From contig LVLI01000523.1 of NCBI GenBank assembly GCA_001687465.1, forward strand, positions 1 to 52,746: a stretch of DNA of 52,746 nucleotides. Reading direction: 5' to 3'. A model generated the notes under the pieces. It had not been told where the DNA came from. It ran no database searches and worked only from the letters and a program-made list of their open reading frames with translations. This stretch comes from Halocafeteria seosinensis. Taxonomy: Eukaryota. The translations under genes were made by a program, and so were the position numbers. Shown piece by piece: positions 51,563 to 52,746 of this stretch (its first letter is position 1; every line of letters starts with the position of its first letter).

Positions 51563-52505
51563 ATGACAACGGGAGTTCGGGCCAAGAAGAATTTTGCTTT
51601 GTGGAATTCTCCAGCTCCAGCTCAAGTTATGCGGTCTACAACCACTCGTATACACAACCGAAGGAGTTCTAACTTGGCTTCCACGGAAACAGATCAATCG
51701 GAAGAAACCCAGTATCATGAATTAGAGTCCATCTTGAACGACTGCACAACCGCACTAGATGCGTTGTCGTGGACGTACGGCAGAGGTGAAGTTGGGGAAG
51801 AGCAGGAACGCGGTGTAGATCTGCAGGTACGACAAATATCCTAGCAGATTAAAATGCTGAATTGCTCTTTCGTACGCTTTTAATGTATCTTTTGCATCAT
51901 TTGCTTTTCAGCGTGCGGGAAGTCAAAGAGAATCCCAACTGGAATCGTTCTGCAGACCGCCGATGGGCACTCTACTCGCTAATGACTTCCCGGCATCTAG
52001 AAACAGAAGAAACTATGGAAGTATCTCTGATGTTTCAAACATTACTCATGGCCAGTTTCAAAATATATTCGAACCTTGGGTACTCAAACAGCAAGGGGGT
52101 GAGGAGCAGGACGACCATCTCCGGAATTGTGTTGGTGGCCAAGAAGAAACGTCTGTTTTCCCAAAATATGAAGAACGGAGAATACTAGAGTGGAAGTTAG
52201 AGAGACCAGCTGACTACGTTTTGGAAGACGAAGCCACACCTTTCGGATTGCCCCATAAAAAGCTCAGGTTTATGCAAGCGAGTGCGGACGTCGGAACTAC
52301 GAATATGACTTTGGCTCAAGGGGAACGAATCGCACACAGCTTTACCCGAGATGCAATCATGCTGTTGACAGAGCACAAATTTTATTCGGATATGCGCCCC
52401 ATGACAAGGAAATCTCGAATTAGGAATCGGGGGCAAAGTGCAGTCGAGACATACATCAAAAAACGAAAACGTGGGAACGAAGGCGGGGATGGCAAACGTG
52501 ACTAG
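51563..52505 (+). CDS. Hypothetical protein (2 exons)
   Basis: Phase-0 intron 51827-51911 joins ORF 51563 to the frame of ORF 51963; C-terminal NLS-like KKRKR. Confidence 0.55.
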
Positions 52506-52599
52506 ATTCCCGTTCTCTCTTCCCTGCATTCCTTTCCTTTTAATGCAATAGTATTTGTATCATGTAAACCATTTGGACATAGTTACAGTTATCATAGCT

Positions 52600-52746
52600 G
52601 GTGTGTGATCACCCACGGCGCATGTCAGCAAGGCTGCAGGAACAGCGGGCCCGTCGCTGCTTAACACGGGCGCTTACCGCTCCTCGTTAAGAGGATGTGG
52701 TCAACTTCCCGGCCGGTGGGCTATCTGTCACATTTGTGTGTGTGTA
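52600..52746 (+). repeat. Structured repeat element (longer copy) with H-type pseudoknot, ending in (TG)n at the window end
   Basis: Shares 52667-52744 with 40159-40234; internal complementary segments are detailed in findings. Confidence 0.75.

Overview
This is gene-dense nuclear DNA of a microbial eukaryote, probably a flagellated protist. It uses the standard genetic code and has many short (mostly 40-110 nt) GT-AG introns, so the ORF track fragments most genes. I reconstructed about 22 spliced protein genes by eye. Recognisable ones include a plant-type C2H2 zinc-finger membrane protein, OST3/6, an SDR, a small Tim, a CCSAP-like protein, a kinesin, an archaeal-type RNase H1, COG1, an MscS-like channel, UBE2O, TMEM208/SND2, cyclin H, CFAP73/CCDC42, a multi-EF-hand protein and RPC5/POLR3E. 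There are two tRNA genes (initiator Met and Gly-GCC). The most notable items not explained by the ORF track are: (1) a tandem pair of 3-exon 73/79-aa microprotein genes with a Spo12-like double S-P motif; (2) an oversized, highly structured first intron in the small-Tim gene with mutually exclusive pairings reaching the 5' splice site; (3) a dispersed repeat (two copies) with a conserved hairpin, whose longer copy also contains an H-type pseudoknot; (4) a frameshifted HNH-endonuclease (CRN/effector-like) pseudogene about 300 bp upstream of the shorter copy; (5) a non-canonical initiator tRNA. All family assignments come from motif recognition, not database searches.
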